The translations under genes were made by a program, and so were the position numbers. A DNA stretch of 64,000 nucleotides from Heterodontus francisci (taxonomy: Eukaryota). Of the stretch, positions 44,275-57,473 are shown piece by piece (position 1 is the stretch's first letter; each line of letters begins with the position of its first letter). The DNA is taken from the NCBI RefSeq assembly GCF_036365525.1, contig NC_090413.1, forward strand, positions 28,410,262 through 28,474,261, written 5' to 3'. The notes below the pieces were generated by a model. The model was given only the letters and a program-made list of their open reading frames with translations, made no database searches and was not told where the DNA came from.

Positions 44275-46195
44275 AAAATACTACAAAGATTAGTGGTAGG
44301 CCAGAAGATTGGGACAATTTTAGAAACCAATGGAAGATGATTAAAAAGTTATAGAGGGAGAAATTAGGAGAATAAACTAACAAGAAATATAAAAGCAGAC
44401 AGTAAAAGCTTCTACAAACATATAAAGAGGAAGACAGTAGCTAAAGTAAGTGTTGGTCCCTAAGAGGATGTGACTGGGGAATTAGTAATGGGGAACAAGG
44501 AAATGGTAGAGACTTTGAACCAGTATTTTGTATCTGCCTTCACAGTAGAAGACACAAAAAGCATCCCAAGAGTAGCAGAAAATCAAGAGGCAAAAGGGAG
44601 GGAGGAACTTAAAACAATCACTAACACTAGAGAAAAATGACTAGGAAAACTAATGGGACTAAAGGCTGACAAGTCTCCTGGACCTGATGGCCTGCATCCG
44701 AGGGTCTTAAAAGAAGTGGCTTCAGATATTGGATGCATTTGTTGTAATCTTCCAAAATACCTTAGATTCTGGAAAGGTCCCAGCACACTGGAAAACTGTA
44801 ACAGCTCTATTCAAGAAAGGGGGGTGTGACCGAAAGCAGCAAACTGTAGGCTGGTTGGCCTAACATCTGTAATTGGGAAAATGCTAGAGTCCATTATTCA
44901 GGAAGAAGTAGCAGGACATTTAGAAAATCATAATGCAATCAGGCAGAGTCATGGTTTTATGAAAGGAAAATTGTTTTTGACAAATTTATTAGAGTTCTTT
45001 GAGGATGTAACAAGCAGGGTAGATAAAGGAGAACCAGCAGATGTAGTGTCTTTGGATTTCCAAAAGGCATTTAATAAGGTGCCACATAAGATAAGAGCTT
45101 GTGGTGTTGTGGGGTGATATATCAGCATGAATAGAGGATTGGCTAACTAACAGGAAACGGAGTCGAGATAAATGGCAAACTAACAAGTGGAGTGCCACAA
45201 GGATCAGTGCTGGGGGCCTCAACTATTTACGATCTGTATTAGTGCCTTGGATGAAGGGGCCGAGTGTATTATAGCCAAATTTGCAGACGATACAAAGTTA
45301 GGTAGGAAAGCAAGTTGTGAGGAAGACACAAAGTGTCTGCAAAGGGATAAAAGGTTGAATGAGTGGACAAAAGTTCGGCAGTTGGAATATAATGTAGGAA
45401 ATTGTGAGGTTGCCCACTTTGGCAGGAAGAATAGCAAGTATTTACATGGAGAGAGACTGCAGAATGCTAAGGTACAGAGGGATCTGGGTGTCCTTGTACA
45501 TGAATCACAAAGTCAGAATGCAGGTACAGCAAGTAATTAGGAAGGCAAATGGAATGTTGGCCTTTATTGCAAGAGAGGGAGGGTGGAATATAAAAGTAGG
45601 GAAGTCTTGTTACAGTTGTACAGGGCATTGGTGAGACCGCACCCATAGTACTGCGTACAGTTTTGGTCTCCTTACTTAAGGAGGGATATACTTGCATTAG
45701 AAGCAATTCAGAGAAGGTTCACTTGGTTGATTCCTGGGATGAAGGGGTTGTCTTATGAGGAAAGGTTGAGCAGATTGTACCTATACTCATTGGAATTTAG
45801 AAGAATGAGAGGTGATCTAATTGAACATGTAAGATTCTGAGCAGACTTGACAGGCTAGATGCTGAGAGGACGTTTCCCTTGTGGGGGAATCTCGAACTAG
45901 ATGGTACAGATTCAAAATAAGGGGTCTCCCTTTTAAGATGGAGATGAGGAGGAATTTCTCCTCTCAGAGGGTTGTTAATCTTTGGAATTCTCTTCCCCAG
46001 CAAGCATAGGAGGCTGGGTCATTGAATATCTTCAAGGCTGAGTTAGACAGATTTTTGATCTACAAGGGAGTCCAGGGTTATGGGGGCAGACAGGAAAGTG
46101 GAGTTAAGGCCACAATTAGATCAGCCGTGATCTTATCGAATGGCGGAACGGGCTCGGGGCCGAATGGCCTGCTGCTGCTCCTAGTTCTTATGTGT
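44275..46195 (+). mobile_element. 5'-truncated CR1 LINE with disrupted RT ORF2
   Basis: KSPGPDG, HGFMKGK..LTNLLEFFE, LDFQKAF.KVPH and FADDTKL motifs with stops and frameshifts; CR1 3' tail gggccgaatggcct. Confidence 0.92.
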
Positions 46196-47369
46196 ATCTT
46201 TGCTGATCAGTTTACATGTGAGGATGTAAGCTTAGTTAGTACATTACCAGGAAATAATATCTTGACCTTTATTTTGTTCATTGGGAACCAAATTTAGTTG
46301 AGAGATTATTTGATTCTGGAGATAGCGATTGCTTTTTGTTTCAATAAATAAATACATAAATCTACATGAAAGTCCAGTAGCCTACAGAGATCAGAAGTGA
46401 ACAGTGTGGGAGCGAAGATGAGACAGTTCAGGAGTGATTAGGTGGTGAATGTGGGTTTTAAAAACCTGTTAATTGGAGGAGGGAGGAATTGTGAGGGAAG
46501 TGAGGAGTCCCACAAATTTTTTGGAAGGTTTTTAGAATAAAATTCTGAATAGGCGCTGTTGCAATGCATCTTTACTATTCACACTGAGGATTTAGGTGTG
46601 TAAAATGTCACATTGGAATTTGGAAGTGTGGGGTAAAACAGCACAGCAGCAAGATATATAGTGCCAAAACAATAGTGTTAGAGGTGGAATTGCTTTTCTG
46701 TACATTAAAGTTGGATTGGGAGACGGTAACTCCTTCAGAGATATTATCAAACTGATAAATGTTCTATTATTTGATTTGTTTGCAATTCATAGAGGAAAAT
46801 ATTAGCAAGAATTTTTAGTACAGTTTTACTGGTATTGTGTCGAGGGTGGGAAATGAGGAAATAGCTGTGCCCCATTATAGGTGTGATGTGAGTTCCAGTG
46901 ATATGATGAAGTTTCTGTGATGTTGTGACATGTTTCATTCGACTTTATTTGGCAGGCTTATTATTTGCCAAATTATTTTTGAAGAGCATATGCTGATTTA
47001 AATATAATAGTTTCTGGGGTGTTAAAGATTTCATATGCTTCACTGTTTTCCACTTCTTGTAACTCTAAATTATTGAGCACGGTCAGCTGTATAACCACAT
47101 TTGCTGGTAAGGCAGCCACAAAGTATTTACTTCAGTTCTTTTACCTGTTTACTCTGGTTAATAGGAATGCAAACTGCCATTGAAAATTTTTTTTTGAAGT
47201 TGCTTGGTATTGTCCTTTTCTGCTCGAGCGTCAATGCAGTTGATGGCATTGCAGTTGTTGTCAGAGTACTAACATGCTATCTTAGGGGTTATAAGAGTTG
47301 TCATTAACATTAACTATATTAGTCACTGTTTGCAATTGAGCAGTATCTTCTCACTCGCACTATGTTGAC

Positions 47370-47840
47370 AACAACTTGTGTTTATATTTTTAACATTGGA
47401 AAACATCCCAAGGTGCTTCACAGGAGTGTTATCAAACAAAATTGGACACTGAGCCACCTAAGTTATTAGGACAGGATTTAGGGCACCTGCACGGGCATCT
47501 GGTGAGGACAGGGTGAGGCTCAGTTCTGAAGCCTTCCAGAGACAAACAGTCTGCTGACAGTCTAGGTTTTTTTTTTCCTTTTTTCCCCAAAGCTTGGTCA
47601 AAGAGGTAGTTTTTAATGAGCATCTTAAAGGAGGAGAGAGATGTAGAGGGGTTTAGGGCTTTGGCAGCTGAAGGCTGTCAGAGATGGAGTGATTAAAATC
47701 GGGGATGTGCAGTAGGCCAGGATTGGAGGAGCATAGATATCTCTGAGGATTGTAGGGCTGGATGAGGTTCCAGAGATAAGGAGGGATTTGAAAATAAGGA
47801 TGGGAATTTTAAAATTGAGGTGTTGCCTGGGAGCCAAAGT
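47370..47840 (-). mobile_element. L2 LINE 3' fragment
   Basis: acaacaacttg...catcccaaggtgcttcacaggag tail reversed; minus strand encodes FKIPILIFKSL. Confidence 0.65.
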
Positions 47841-49624
47841 CGGTAATTGAGATCAGACTCATTGTGCAGTCTGCTACTTGAATTTGATTTTTTTCCCAGG
47901 ACCTCTGATCTGTAAAACTCATCTACTCCTACATTTTACAGGCTTTTAAATCCTGAGTTGAGCCTCACAAATCACAACAGCTTGAATTATTTTGTCTTTC
48001 TCTCCAGGCCTTTTCAGTCTTGGTATTGTCCTGCATGCTGGACCCTGGCCCTCCAAATCGTTTTAAAGCCAAAGCTTGGAGAAGTGACCAAGCATGGCAG
48101 AACAAAGAGTTGGAATTCAAGGGAATTATCTCTGAATTTTCTTTCCAAATGATTTTCTGCCAATGATTTATTTGTAGTTAAGATTGTTGCCTTGATACTG
48201 TCCCAGATAGGTTATCCACTTTGTACACTCCTGTCAATCAAATGGTGACAATTATTTTGATTACCTCACAGTACTCTTGATCATGCAGATTTTTTAGATA
48301 TAATCTTGAAATAGTGGGAAAAAAACCTCGACTGTAAGCAGACTGTTTGTCTGTGGAAGGCTTCAGAGCTGATCCTGATCCTGATGCTGACCCTGTCCTC
48401 ACCAGATGCCCATGAATGTATCTTGCAGCAGGCACCATAATTCCTGTTTGGCAAAAGGGTCTCACAAAGCTGGTAGTTCCGAAGCTGTGGGGGTGGGGAG
48501 TTGGCGTTAGTGTTGCTGTGGCATTTTGAATGAACTGAAATAAGAGAATTGGTGCAGTGACCACACAACTGAGGTTCTCTACTGCAAAATTAAGTTATAT
48601 GGAAGCAAGGTTGAGGCCATTACTGGTACCCTTTTCAAGCCTGGAATGGGAGTACTGAAATACACCATTACTCTAGCATTGAAGGTTATTTATGAGAAGA
48701 CCCAGCACTGACTGTACCTGTAACAGCACAGACTGTCCTAGCACTGTCTGTATGTGTAACAAATAGACTATGTATTAATTGGTTACTTCACCTGAGGGTA
48801 CATTTACTACTTGTACTGTTCCACTTCCCTTAGTTGTTTGAAAGTGACTATTGTGATTTATAATTGAGCTTTTTATTAACCTGGTCTATACCTCCGGGTG
48901 ATTTTATGCTGTGTAACTTGGAATTTACGGGACAGAAAAGACTAGAAATGCACAACAGATCCATCAGCTTCTGAAAAGATAGTTTACCATTATGGGTTGT
49001 ATCCCTTCATCAGAAAAGCCTGTTAATGTTACTACTTTAACAACTGCAATACAGTCAGCTTCCCTGATGCAAGAACATTCATCAAACTTTAAATCCATGA
49101 AAACTTTATTAGGCAGCCAATAGAGCTAACTCAAAAGCAAAATACATTAGAAATCTAAAATAAAACTAGAGAATGCTGGAAATATCCGGTAAGTGTTTCT
49201 TTCTTCCATCTTCTATGTCATCGCCTTATCACAGTGCCACCTGGCCATTTGTACCATCCCTGGGTTTTGTAATTCACAGCAAACTCGTACTCATTGTGGA
49301 GCAATCGCCAGTGTTAACTCAATAGTTTACAGACATATTTTGTACCAAGCAGAATAACTGAACCCTAAAGAACACACAAGCCAAAATTGGCTACCCCGTC
49401 GTCCTTTCCGAACTTGATCAAGTCTTCCGCCTCCCGTATATGTTTCCTTGGCTTGTAGGTCTGTGTCCTTATGAATTTCACTTTGATGGATTTTAATTTC
49501 TTCCTTTGTGTGTATTTTCTCTCTCTTCTAGGCTTTTCTTGCTATAACCTAGATGGCCAAGAGGCAAAGGAATAAATGCACTGCCCACCAATGCTGTGTC
49601 TTATGACAGTTAACCACGTGACCA

Positions 49625-49841
49625 ATGAATTCCGTCTCGCCTTCCTCCGTTCAGTACATCCAAAGCCAGGAAGACCTGTGTCCCTCAGACTCAAAGAGGC
49701 AATTGCTCCCAGTACCCACCGATCATGAGAATGGCTGGAATGGCCATTGTAGTCCAGCAGAAAAGCCACAGCAGAATGAACCAGACGAGGTGGACAAGAT
49801 TAAAGCTAAGCTGATGACAGCATGGAATAATGTTAAATATG
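49625..49841 (+). CDS. ATG4D: ATG4D first coding exon (exon begins at 49532) MNSVSP...DEVDKIKAKLMTAWNNVKYG
   Basis: ctctcttctag| acceptor at 49531, |gtgagg donor. Confidence 0.95.
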
Positions 49842-50382
49842 GTGAGGAACTTTTTGCAAAGATGGAAATGTTTCAGACATTATTTCTTTCCTCTCTCGTT
49901 TGCAGTCCTGTCCTGAAAGTGCCGTGTCATGTCCTTCCTCCAGTACCTAAATGACCATTGAGAGACAACATGCTCTCACTTGACTTTTTCATGTACATTA
50001 TAGCAGCAGTTACTGGATCTGATGCTAACTCTCATTATCACTGCTGCCCTAATCAACTAACTCTGCATATCTTGATTTTAATTTTAATATTTAGAGTTGG
50101 AATAAACACTTTTTTAATCTTTCAAGTAAGTGCTGACAGTTGTGATCAGGGAACTGGCTTGGACGTGTTCCTGAATGGGAGAGAATGAGAGACCTGACCA
50201 CACGTGTAAAATGATCAGGTTTAATACATGTGTCTCTACTGATGTTAATCCAGTCACCTCATACTTCTGGCTTTAATATCTTTCCCTCGCCCTTTGCCAG
50301 TGGTGTCACCAGTATATGCCATAGGGAGGATTATCCTCAGTAACCGGCTGTGGTAACCTGTTTCATTTCTGTGTCTTCATAG

Positions 50383-50466
50383 GTTGGGTGGTGAAAGGCA
50401 GAACAAACTTCAGCAAAACTTCCCCCATTTTTCTTCTGGGACGGTGCTACTGCTTTGAGTCAGAAG
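50383..50466 (+). CDS. ATG4D: ATG4D coding exon 2 [27 protein letters not shown]
   Basis: ttcatag| acceptor, |gtattg donor, 84 nt. Confidence 0.95.
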
Positions 50467-50564
50467 GTATTGTGTTCATATCTGGGGCTGGGACACACTG
50501 TGACTTTGTCAGCTGTTAACTGCCAGAACTGCTAATAATATCACCATCTGCTTCCCTTTCCCAG

Positions 50565-50804
50565 CAGCTGATTCATCCTCAAACTCAGAGACTGGTTATG
50601 AGACAGGAAACAACCAAAATTCCCCTCCTCCCTCGGTGGAATCATTCCGGAAGGACTTTGCCTCGCGGATCTGGTTGACGTACAGGCGTGAATTTCCTCA
50701 GCTGGAGGGTTCTGTGTGGACCACAGACTGTGGTTGGGGTTGCATGTTACGCAGTGGACAGATGCTGCTGGCTCAAGGACTTCTTGTCCATCTTCTGTCT
50801 CGAA
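50565..50804 (+). CDS. ATG4D: ATG4D coding exon 3 (catalytic Cys, [13 protein letters not shown]); NAGNAG acceptor, start 50565 or 50568
   Basis: ttcccagcag acceptor, |gtaagt donor. Confidence 0.93.
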
Positions 50805-51818
50805 GTAAGTCTTGCATCATTTGGTTTATGCTTTACTCTCTCCTCTCTTGAATGCACTGACTGTTGCTGAGAAGCAGTCCACAGGTGTGTGCAATAGTTG
50901 TCCAAGTGGCCATTTTTATACCTGGAAGCCTGGGGAATAGGTGCCATGCTATTTACCCAAGTGAGGCATCACAGCTGAACACTATTCTGCCTTTTCCTGT
51001 CATCTACATACAGGCACTTTCCATAGGCACCTGTGAGTAGTAATCTGCAATCAGTAATCCTGCGTGACACTCACTCTGTTTTCTCCCCGCCCCATGACCT
51101 CTAGCCAAGGGTGCCACAGAAGACTCTAGCCTTAATTGCTGACCATTTGAAATCACTTAACTCAGTACAGCCCAAAGATCAGACTTGGTCTATGAGGCAA
51201 AGAAATGCACTGAGCAATGCTTAATCCACTAAGATGAAAGCTCATGTAACATTACAATTAATGTGTTTGTCAGCATATTGCAATACATAGCAAAGGAATA
51301 ATGCAGATCTTGGAGTGACTCTGAGACCGAAATCTAAGAGAGAATTTGAACATGCAAACCTCATTAAAGTCCAACTTTATTTCCTACATTTAAAATATGT
51401 TTTAGAATTGAATACTTGTTTCCCTAATGTGCCGAGAGCTCTGCCATACAGACTAGAAGGTCCCAGACTTAATCTGTGGGCAATGCTGAGGTTAACAGTA
51501 AACATTGTACAATTGACTTTACAGCCTTTAAGCTGAGGAGAAAATTCAGTGCAGATTCCTGCTCCTGATTGCTATCTAACCACTGCTGCTGAAAAGTATG
51601 CATGTGTCGGACGAGGACAGGATCACCCTTGGATGCGATACATCCTTGCCACTATTGAATAGGCTGCCATTACCCAATGACTAAGCCTTTTTACTGAAAA
51701 TGACCACTTGATGTGCCGGAGAACAGCCTGATACCAGGAGAATCGTGCTCGCTAAAATGAATTTAAGTTCTGTGATATTGACAACAGTTCTGGTTTGTAA
51801 ATGATCTTTTTCTTTCAG

Positions 51819-52185
51819 ACTGGACCTGGCCTGATGCGTTACTCTCTGTTGAATCAGAAACTGAGTTTAGATCGCCATCCAAATCAAACACTTTAAATTG
51901 GCCAATCTTCTCTGAGGTCCTTGGCTCACAATTGGACAGAAATAGAAGCCTCAGGGATACGCAGAGAACCACCGTGACACAAACGCATGCACGAGCATGG
52001 AGGCGGGCCAACATTGACCAGCACAATATGGATAAAGAGGAGTTGGAGCACCGGAAAATCATTTCGTGGTTTGGAGATCACCCCAAGGCTCCATTTGGAG
52101 TACATCAGTTGGTGGAATATGGGAAGAGGTCTGGGAAGAAGGCTGGGGACTGGTATGGCCCATCCATTGTTGCTCACATAATCAA
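51819..52185 (+). CDS. ATG4D: ATG4D coding exon 4 WTWPDA...[17 protein letters not shown]
   Basis: tctttcag| acceptor, |gtgagt donor, 367 nt. Confidence 0.95.
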
Positions 52186-52326
52186 GTGAGTAAAGCCTGC
52201 CTGCGACAGCAGCGAAGAAAAAACTTGCATTAATACAGCACCTTTCGAATTGTCAGCGTGTCCAACAGTAATCCCTCAGTTGCAAAATGCTTTGGAAATG
52301 TAGACGCCGTTATATAGGCAAATGTC

Positions 52327-53290
52327 ATAGAGTCATTCACAGCACAGAAGGAGACCATTCAGCCTGTCGAGTCTATGCTGGCTCTCCATGGAGCTGTGCA
52401 GTCAGTCCCGCTACCTGGCTCGATTCCCATGGCCCTGCAAGTCTATTTCTGTCAGGTGGTCATTTAATTTCCTCTTGAAGTCATTGATCGTCTCCACTTC
52501 CACCACCCTTGTGGGCAGCAAGTTTCAGGTCCTTACCACCCGCTGTGCTTCCTCATATTCCCCCTGCATCTTTTGCCCAAAACTTTCAATTGTGTCCCCT
52601 AGTCCTTGTATCATTAGTTAATGGGAACAGTTTTTCCTTGTCTAACTTATCTAAGTCTGCCATAATCTTGTACATTTCTATTAAATCTCCCCTTAACCAA
52701 CTTTGTTCTAAGGAGAACAAACCCAGCTTTTCCAACCTAACCTTGTGACTAAAGTCTTCCATCCCTGGACCAATTCTGGTAAATCTCTGCACCCTCTCAA
52801 GGATCCTCACATCCTTCCTCAAGTGTAACCAGAACTGGATGGAATGCTCCAGTTGAGGCCTAACCACAGCTTTATAAAGGTTCAGCATAACTTCCCCACA
52901 TTTGTACTCAATGCCTCTATTTATGAAGACCAAGATCCCATATGCTTTACTAACCACACTCTCAATTTGTGCTGCCACCTTCAAAGCTCGATGCAATAGA
53001 ACCCCCAGGTCCTCCTGTTCCTGCACACTCTTTCCAACTGTGCTATTAAGTTTATGTTGCCTCTCCCTAATCCTTCTGCCAAAATGCATCACCTCACATT
53101 TGTCAGTATTAAATTCCATCTGTCACCTCGCTGCCCGTTCAGCTAGCCTATCTATGTCCTGCTGCAAGCGATTAATCTCATTCTTGTCTGCATTAAATTT
53201 CATCTTCCACTTGTTCACCCATTCCACCAGCCTGTCTGTGTCCTTTTGAAGTCTATCACTATCCTCCTCACTTCCAAGTTTTGTGTCATG
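52327..53290 (-). mobile_element. CR1 LINE 3' fragment
   Basis: ORF 52586..53119 MEFNTDKCEVMHFGR...LRGDLIEMYKIM; catagagtc tail. Confidence 0.92.
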
Positions 53291-53342
53291 TATGTAGGAG
53301 TAATATGTAATATTTATATGTTATATAATATATATATTAAAT

Positions 53343-53686
53343 GTAGCAGCCAATTTGTGATTATAAGATCCCACAAACAGAAAATGAGATGAATAACCTG
53401 TTTCTGTTTTGGTGGTGTTTGTTGAGGAATGAATGTTGGACAGGACAGCAAGAACTCGCTGTTGTTCCTCGAGTAGTGCCATGGAACCTTTTATATTCAT
53501 CCAAACAGATGGACAGGGCCTTGGTTTCATGCCTCACTCGAAGTACAGCACCTTTTAAAAACGTGGCACTTCCTCAGTACAGCACTGTGGTATCAACTGA
53601 ATTGTCTGTTTAAGTTCTAGAGAGAGACTTGAGCCCAAAAATCTCCTAACTCAGACAACAGTGCAACCACTGAACCAAGCTGACAC
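53343..53686 (-). mobile_element. Deu-domain tRNA-derived SINE
   Basis: reverse strand has a gtgtcagcttggttcagtggttgcac head and a gtactgaggaagtgccac...ccatggcactac core. Confidence 0.65.
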
Positions 53687-54202
53687 TTGGCTGACTGATT
53701 TGAAAGGTGAAGAGTGGATCATAAGTTCCAGCACTTGATGACAGAAATTACATATAAGTTTTTGACACAAGGTCGCTGGGAACTGAGTCATAAGTGCCAA
53801 ATTTTACCACCCTTTTCCTCACTTCCTGCCGCGTGATTAGCTCCTCTGATAGTTTGTGGGTACGTTCACTGACCAGTGCAATGCACAATAACATAAACCC
53901 AGGCTCTTTTCCCTTGATCACTGTCCACTGACTACTGCTAGAAATTGCCTCTGTGCAGGCACTGAGACAGGACAGGATCAGGTTGGGGCTACAGTGACTC
54001 CCATTGTTCAATACTGTTACACTGCCTCCGCGCGCACACAAAGGAATGTCACTTGGCTGAGGTGCTGAAAAGTTGCTGGCACCTGTACAATTGCACCCCA
54101 GGATACGTCTGAGATTAGAGAGCTGAATTTGATTGCAGTTATGTTTTTATCACTGCAGTTGTTTTTTTGGTTCTCACTATCCTAATTCTCCATTTCTTTC
54201 AG

Positions 54203-54273
54203 GAGAGCAGTTGAAAAAACTGAAGACTCTGAATCTCTTAACATTACTGTCTATGTAGCACAGGACTGCACAG
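54203..54273 (+). CDS. ATG4D: ATG4D coding exon 5 RAVEK...VYVAQDCT
   Basis: tctttcag| acceptor, |gtgagt donor. Confidence 0.95.
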
Positions 54274-54420
54274 GTGAGTGTGCACAGTGGTCCTTAGAGG
54301 AGTATACATTTAGTACTGCACTACTTATTACTCAGTGAGGATACGAGTCCTTTGAATAGCTTTTTCATAGGAGTTACTGTTGGTGGAGTTAGTTGCTCAG
54401 TAGTTTTATTTATATCATAC

Positions 54421-54750
54421 GGGAGATTTGATAGAGGTGTTCAAAATCATGAAACTGTTTCCAGTGACAGAAGGGTCAGTAACCAGAGGTCATAGGTTAA
54501 AGGTGAGTGGCAAAAGAACCAGCAGTGACACAAAACTTTTGTTTTACCCAGTGAGTTGTGATCTGGAATGTGCTGCCTGAAAGGCCAGTGGATGTAGATT
54601 CAGCAGTAACTTTCAAAAGGGAATTGGATAAACACTTGAAGGGAAAAACAAATTGCAGGGCTATGGAAAGATGCTGGGAGGGTCACTAGTTGGATAGCTC
54701 AGACACGATGCGCTGAATGGCCTCCTAGTCTGCTGCGCCATTTTATGATA
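54421..54750 (+). mobile_element. CR1 LINE 3' end fragment
   Basis: ggagatttgatagaggtgttcaaaatcatg (GDLIEVFKIM) through gctgaatggcctcct. Confidence 0.8.
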
Positions 54751-55227
54751 TTAGTTCTCCATCTGCCTGGACAGCTGCATGACAGTGTATAATAACCAAC
54801 CTATTCCCAAGCCACTAACCACCTGAATTTTCCATTCAGCTGCTCAAAGGCATTAGTCCAGCTGCTTAATTCTGAATGGTGTGTTGATTAAACTCCGAGG
54901 AGCCCATCCCCTCTCCATAGCACTGTGCACTAGGATTTGTGCTGAAATTCAGGGCCTTTCTTTAAGGGTATATTTACACAGCACACAGAAAACTCTTGAG
55001 TCACACATTCTTGAGTTTGTTATGGGTGTTCACACTATTCAGTGCTGCTGCAAAAGCTTTGCCATCAGCGGGGAGGATGGCGGTGCGTGAGAGTGGCCCA
55101 AGATGATCTTCTCCTTCAGTTTTTCCTTCTGTTGCAGTAATTAATGAGCTATACTTTTTGGGAGGGGTGAGGAAGAAGCTTAAAAGTATCTCAAGTATCT
55201 GATGTAACATTCCAGCCTGAAAAGGTT

Positions 55228-55908
55228 AGAACCATAGAAAAGTTACGGCACAGTAAAAGGCCTATTGTGTCTGCGCCAGCTGAAAAAACTTGTCGCCCAA
55301 TCTAATCCCACCTTCCAGCATTGGGTCCGTAGCCTTGCAGGTTGCAGCACTTCAGATGCGGATCCAGGTACCTTTTAAATGAGTTGAGGGTTTCTGCCTC
55401 CATCACTATACCTGGCAGTGAATTCCAGACACCCACCACCCACTCGGTGAAAAAGTTTTTCTTCATGTCCCCACTAATCCTTGTACCAGTCACTTTAAAT
55501 CTGTGCCCCCTTGTATTTGACCTCTCTGCTAGGGGGAAACAGGTCCTTCCTGTCTATCTAGGCCCCTCATAATTTTGTACACCTCAATTAAGTCATCCCT
55601 CAGCCTCCTGAGGAAAGCAACCCTAGCCTATCCAATCTTTCCTCATAGCTGCAATTTTCAAGCCCTGGCAACATTCTTGTAAATCTCCTCTGTACTCTCT
55701 CCAGAGCAATTATGTCCTTCCTGTAATGTGGTGACCAGAACTGTATGCAGTACTCCAGCTGCGGCCTAACCAGCATTTTATACAGTTCCAGCATTATATC
55801 CCTGCTTTTGTATTCTATACCTCGGCCAATAAAGGAAAGCATTCCATAAGCCGCCTTCACCACTCTAACTACCTGTCCTGCCACCTTCAGGAATCTGTAG
55901 ACATGCAC
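55228..55908 (-). mobile_element. CR1 LINE 3' fragment
   Basis: ORFs 55600..55908 (LVRPQLEYCIQFWSPHY) and 55302..55493 (WNSLP). Confidence 0.9.
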
Positions 55909-56146
55909 ATGGATTTACCTCCTGAAGAACCAGTCATCCATTGTTTATCCATATCTTGCCCTAGCTTTCAGTTCCTTGTGCTTTGGAAGAGCTTCTCTGA
56001 AGTAACATCCTATACCCATTAATTAGAATAATTTGCTGTCTTCCAATGATTTATTAATCATACTCTTGCCATTAAAGGTTAGATGGAGATGCACTGCTTC
56101 TGCCCCCCTCATTGATAGGAAAACACACAGATCCTTCTCGATGAAG

Positions 56147-56482
56147 AAAGAAATTGCATTTATATAGCACCTTTTGTAACCTCAGTATGTCCCAAAGTGC
56201 CTTATAGACACTGGGATGCTTTTGAATTGTGGGCACTGTTGTAATGCTGGAAATGCAGCAGCTAACATACACACAGCAAGGTCCCAAAAACAGCAATGAG
56301 GTAAATAACCAGATAGTCTATATCAGTAATGTTGGTTCAGGATTAAGTGTTGGCCAGGGCACCAGGAGAACTCCCCTGCTGTTGTTACAATAATGCCGTG
56401 GAATCTTTTGCATTCAGCTGAGAGGGCAAGGAGAACTTGAACCAATGAGCTCCTAACTTGGAGGTGAGAATGCTACCACTGA
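56147..56482 (-). mobile_element. Deu-domain SINE with L2-type tail
   Basis: aaattgcatttatatagcacc...tcccaaagtgc tail reversed; ggccagggcaccaggagaactcccctgct core. Confidence 0.65.
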
Positions 56483-56882
56483 CACCTACACCTGACCATT
56501 CAACTGTAGCTCAGACTGCAAGTGGAACAAAGTGGGCAAAACAACTTGCTTAAATGGCCTCTTGGCAATGCAATGATGTTGAATGTTATCATTCTGTGAC
56601 ATAATGAAGGGGAAATGGTAGCTGATGGTCGATGGATCTCAGGTCTGCAGTATGTGTTTTAAATGTTTTATTTCTAGGAATTAAATTTTTTTTCACTAAG
56701 TTTTGGAAGCTCCAATTCTGAATCCTACAACAATTCTGCCAGATAATGGAGTGCCGATTTTGGGATGGTGGATAAACGAGGTTCCGCTGTATATGTATAG
56801 AAGTTTTATATGGTTCTAAGCAGAATGCTTCTTGTTGTGGCAACTTGGAAGTTGGCAACTTTTTTTTCCCCTTCTGAGACAG

Positions 56883-57028
56883 TGTACAAAGGAGACGTAT
56901 TGAATCTCTGTGAGATACAGTTAAAGGGTGGAACAGTTCCTGGTTTGGATTGGAAGTCTGTCATTATCCTAGTGCCTGTTCGACTTGGAGGAGAAAATCT
57001 CAACCCAGTATACATGCAGTGTGTGAAG
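56883..57028 (+). CDS. ATG4D: ATG4D coding exon 6 VYKGDV...WKSVIILVPVRLGGENLNPVYMQCVK
   Basis: gacag| acceptor, |gtaggc donor. Confidence 0.95.
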
Positions 57029-57394
57029 GTAGGCAATACAGCTGGAATGATTGGGTTATAAATCTTTCAGTGTGACCTGTGCTTGCAACTCTCTCACACA
57101 CTGAGTAGTAATCACTCATTTTGCTTTAAAATGCAGTGTATTTTGATGTCCAACTTAAACATAGCTCCATATATTTAAATGAGTTGGCATTAATGACACC
57201 CTTCACATACAGCAACGTTCGTCCCTAACATTCTCCCTGCTGTGCAGGATTTTGTCTTTCTCCTGATTGTGGCCAGTTCTTACAGTATCCCTACTGGTGT
57301 GCTCAGGTGTACCTCCTTGTCTCAACTTTCTGGTGAACTTGCTAAGCAAATGGCACAGTAATGTACCAGGAGTCTAATCCTTGCTTGTTTATAG

Positions 57395-57473
57395 GAGATT
57401 CTGAAGCTCGAATGTTGCATTGGAATCATCGGTGGGAAACCCAAGCACTCGCTTTACTTCATTGGTTTTCAAG
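57395..57473 (+). CDS. ATG4D: ATG4D coding exon 7 EILKLECCIGIIGGKPKHSLYFIGFQ
   Basis: tttatag| acceptor, |gtatgt donor. Confidence 0.96.
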
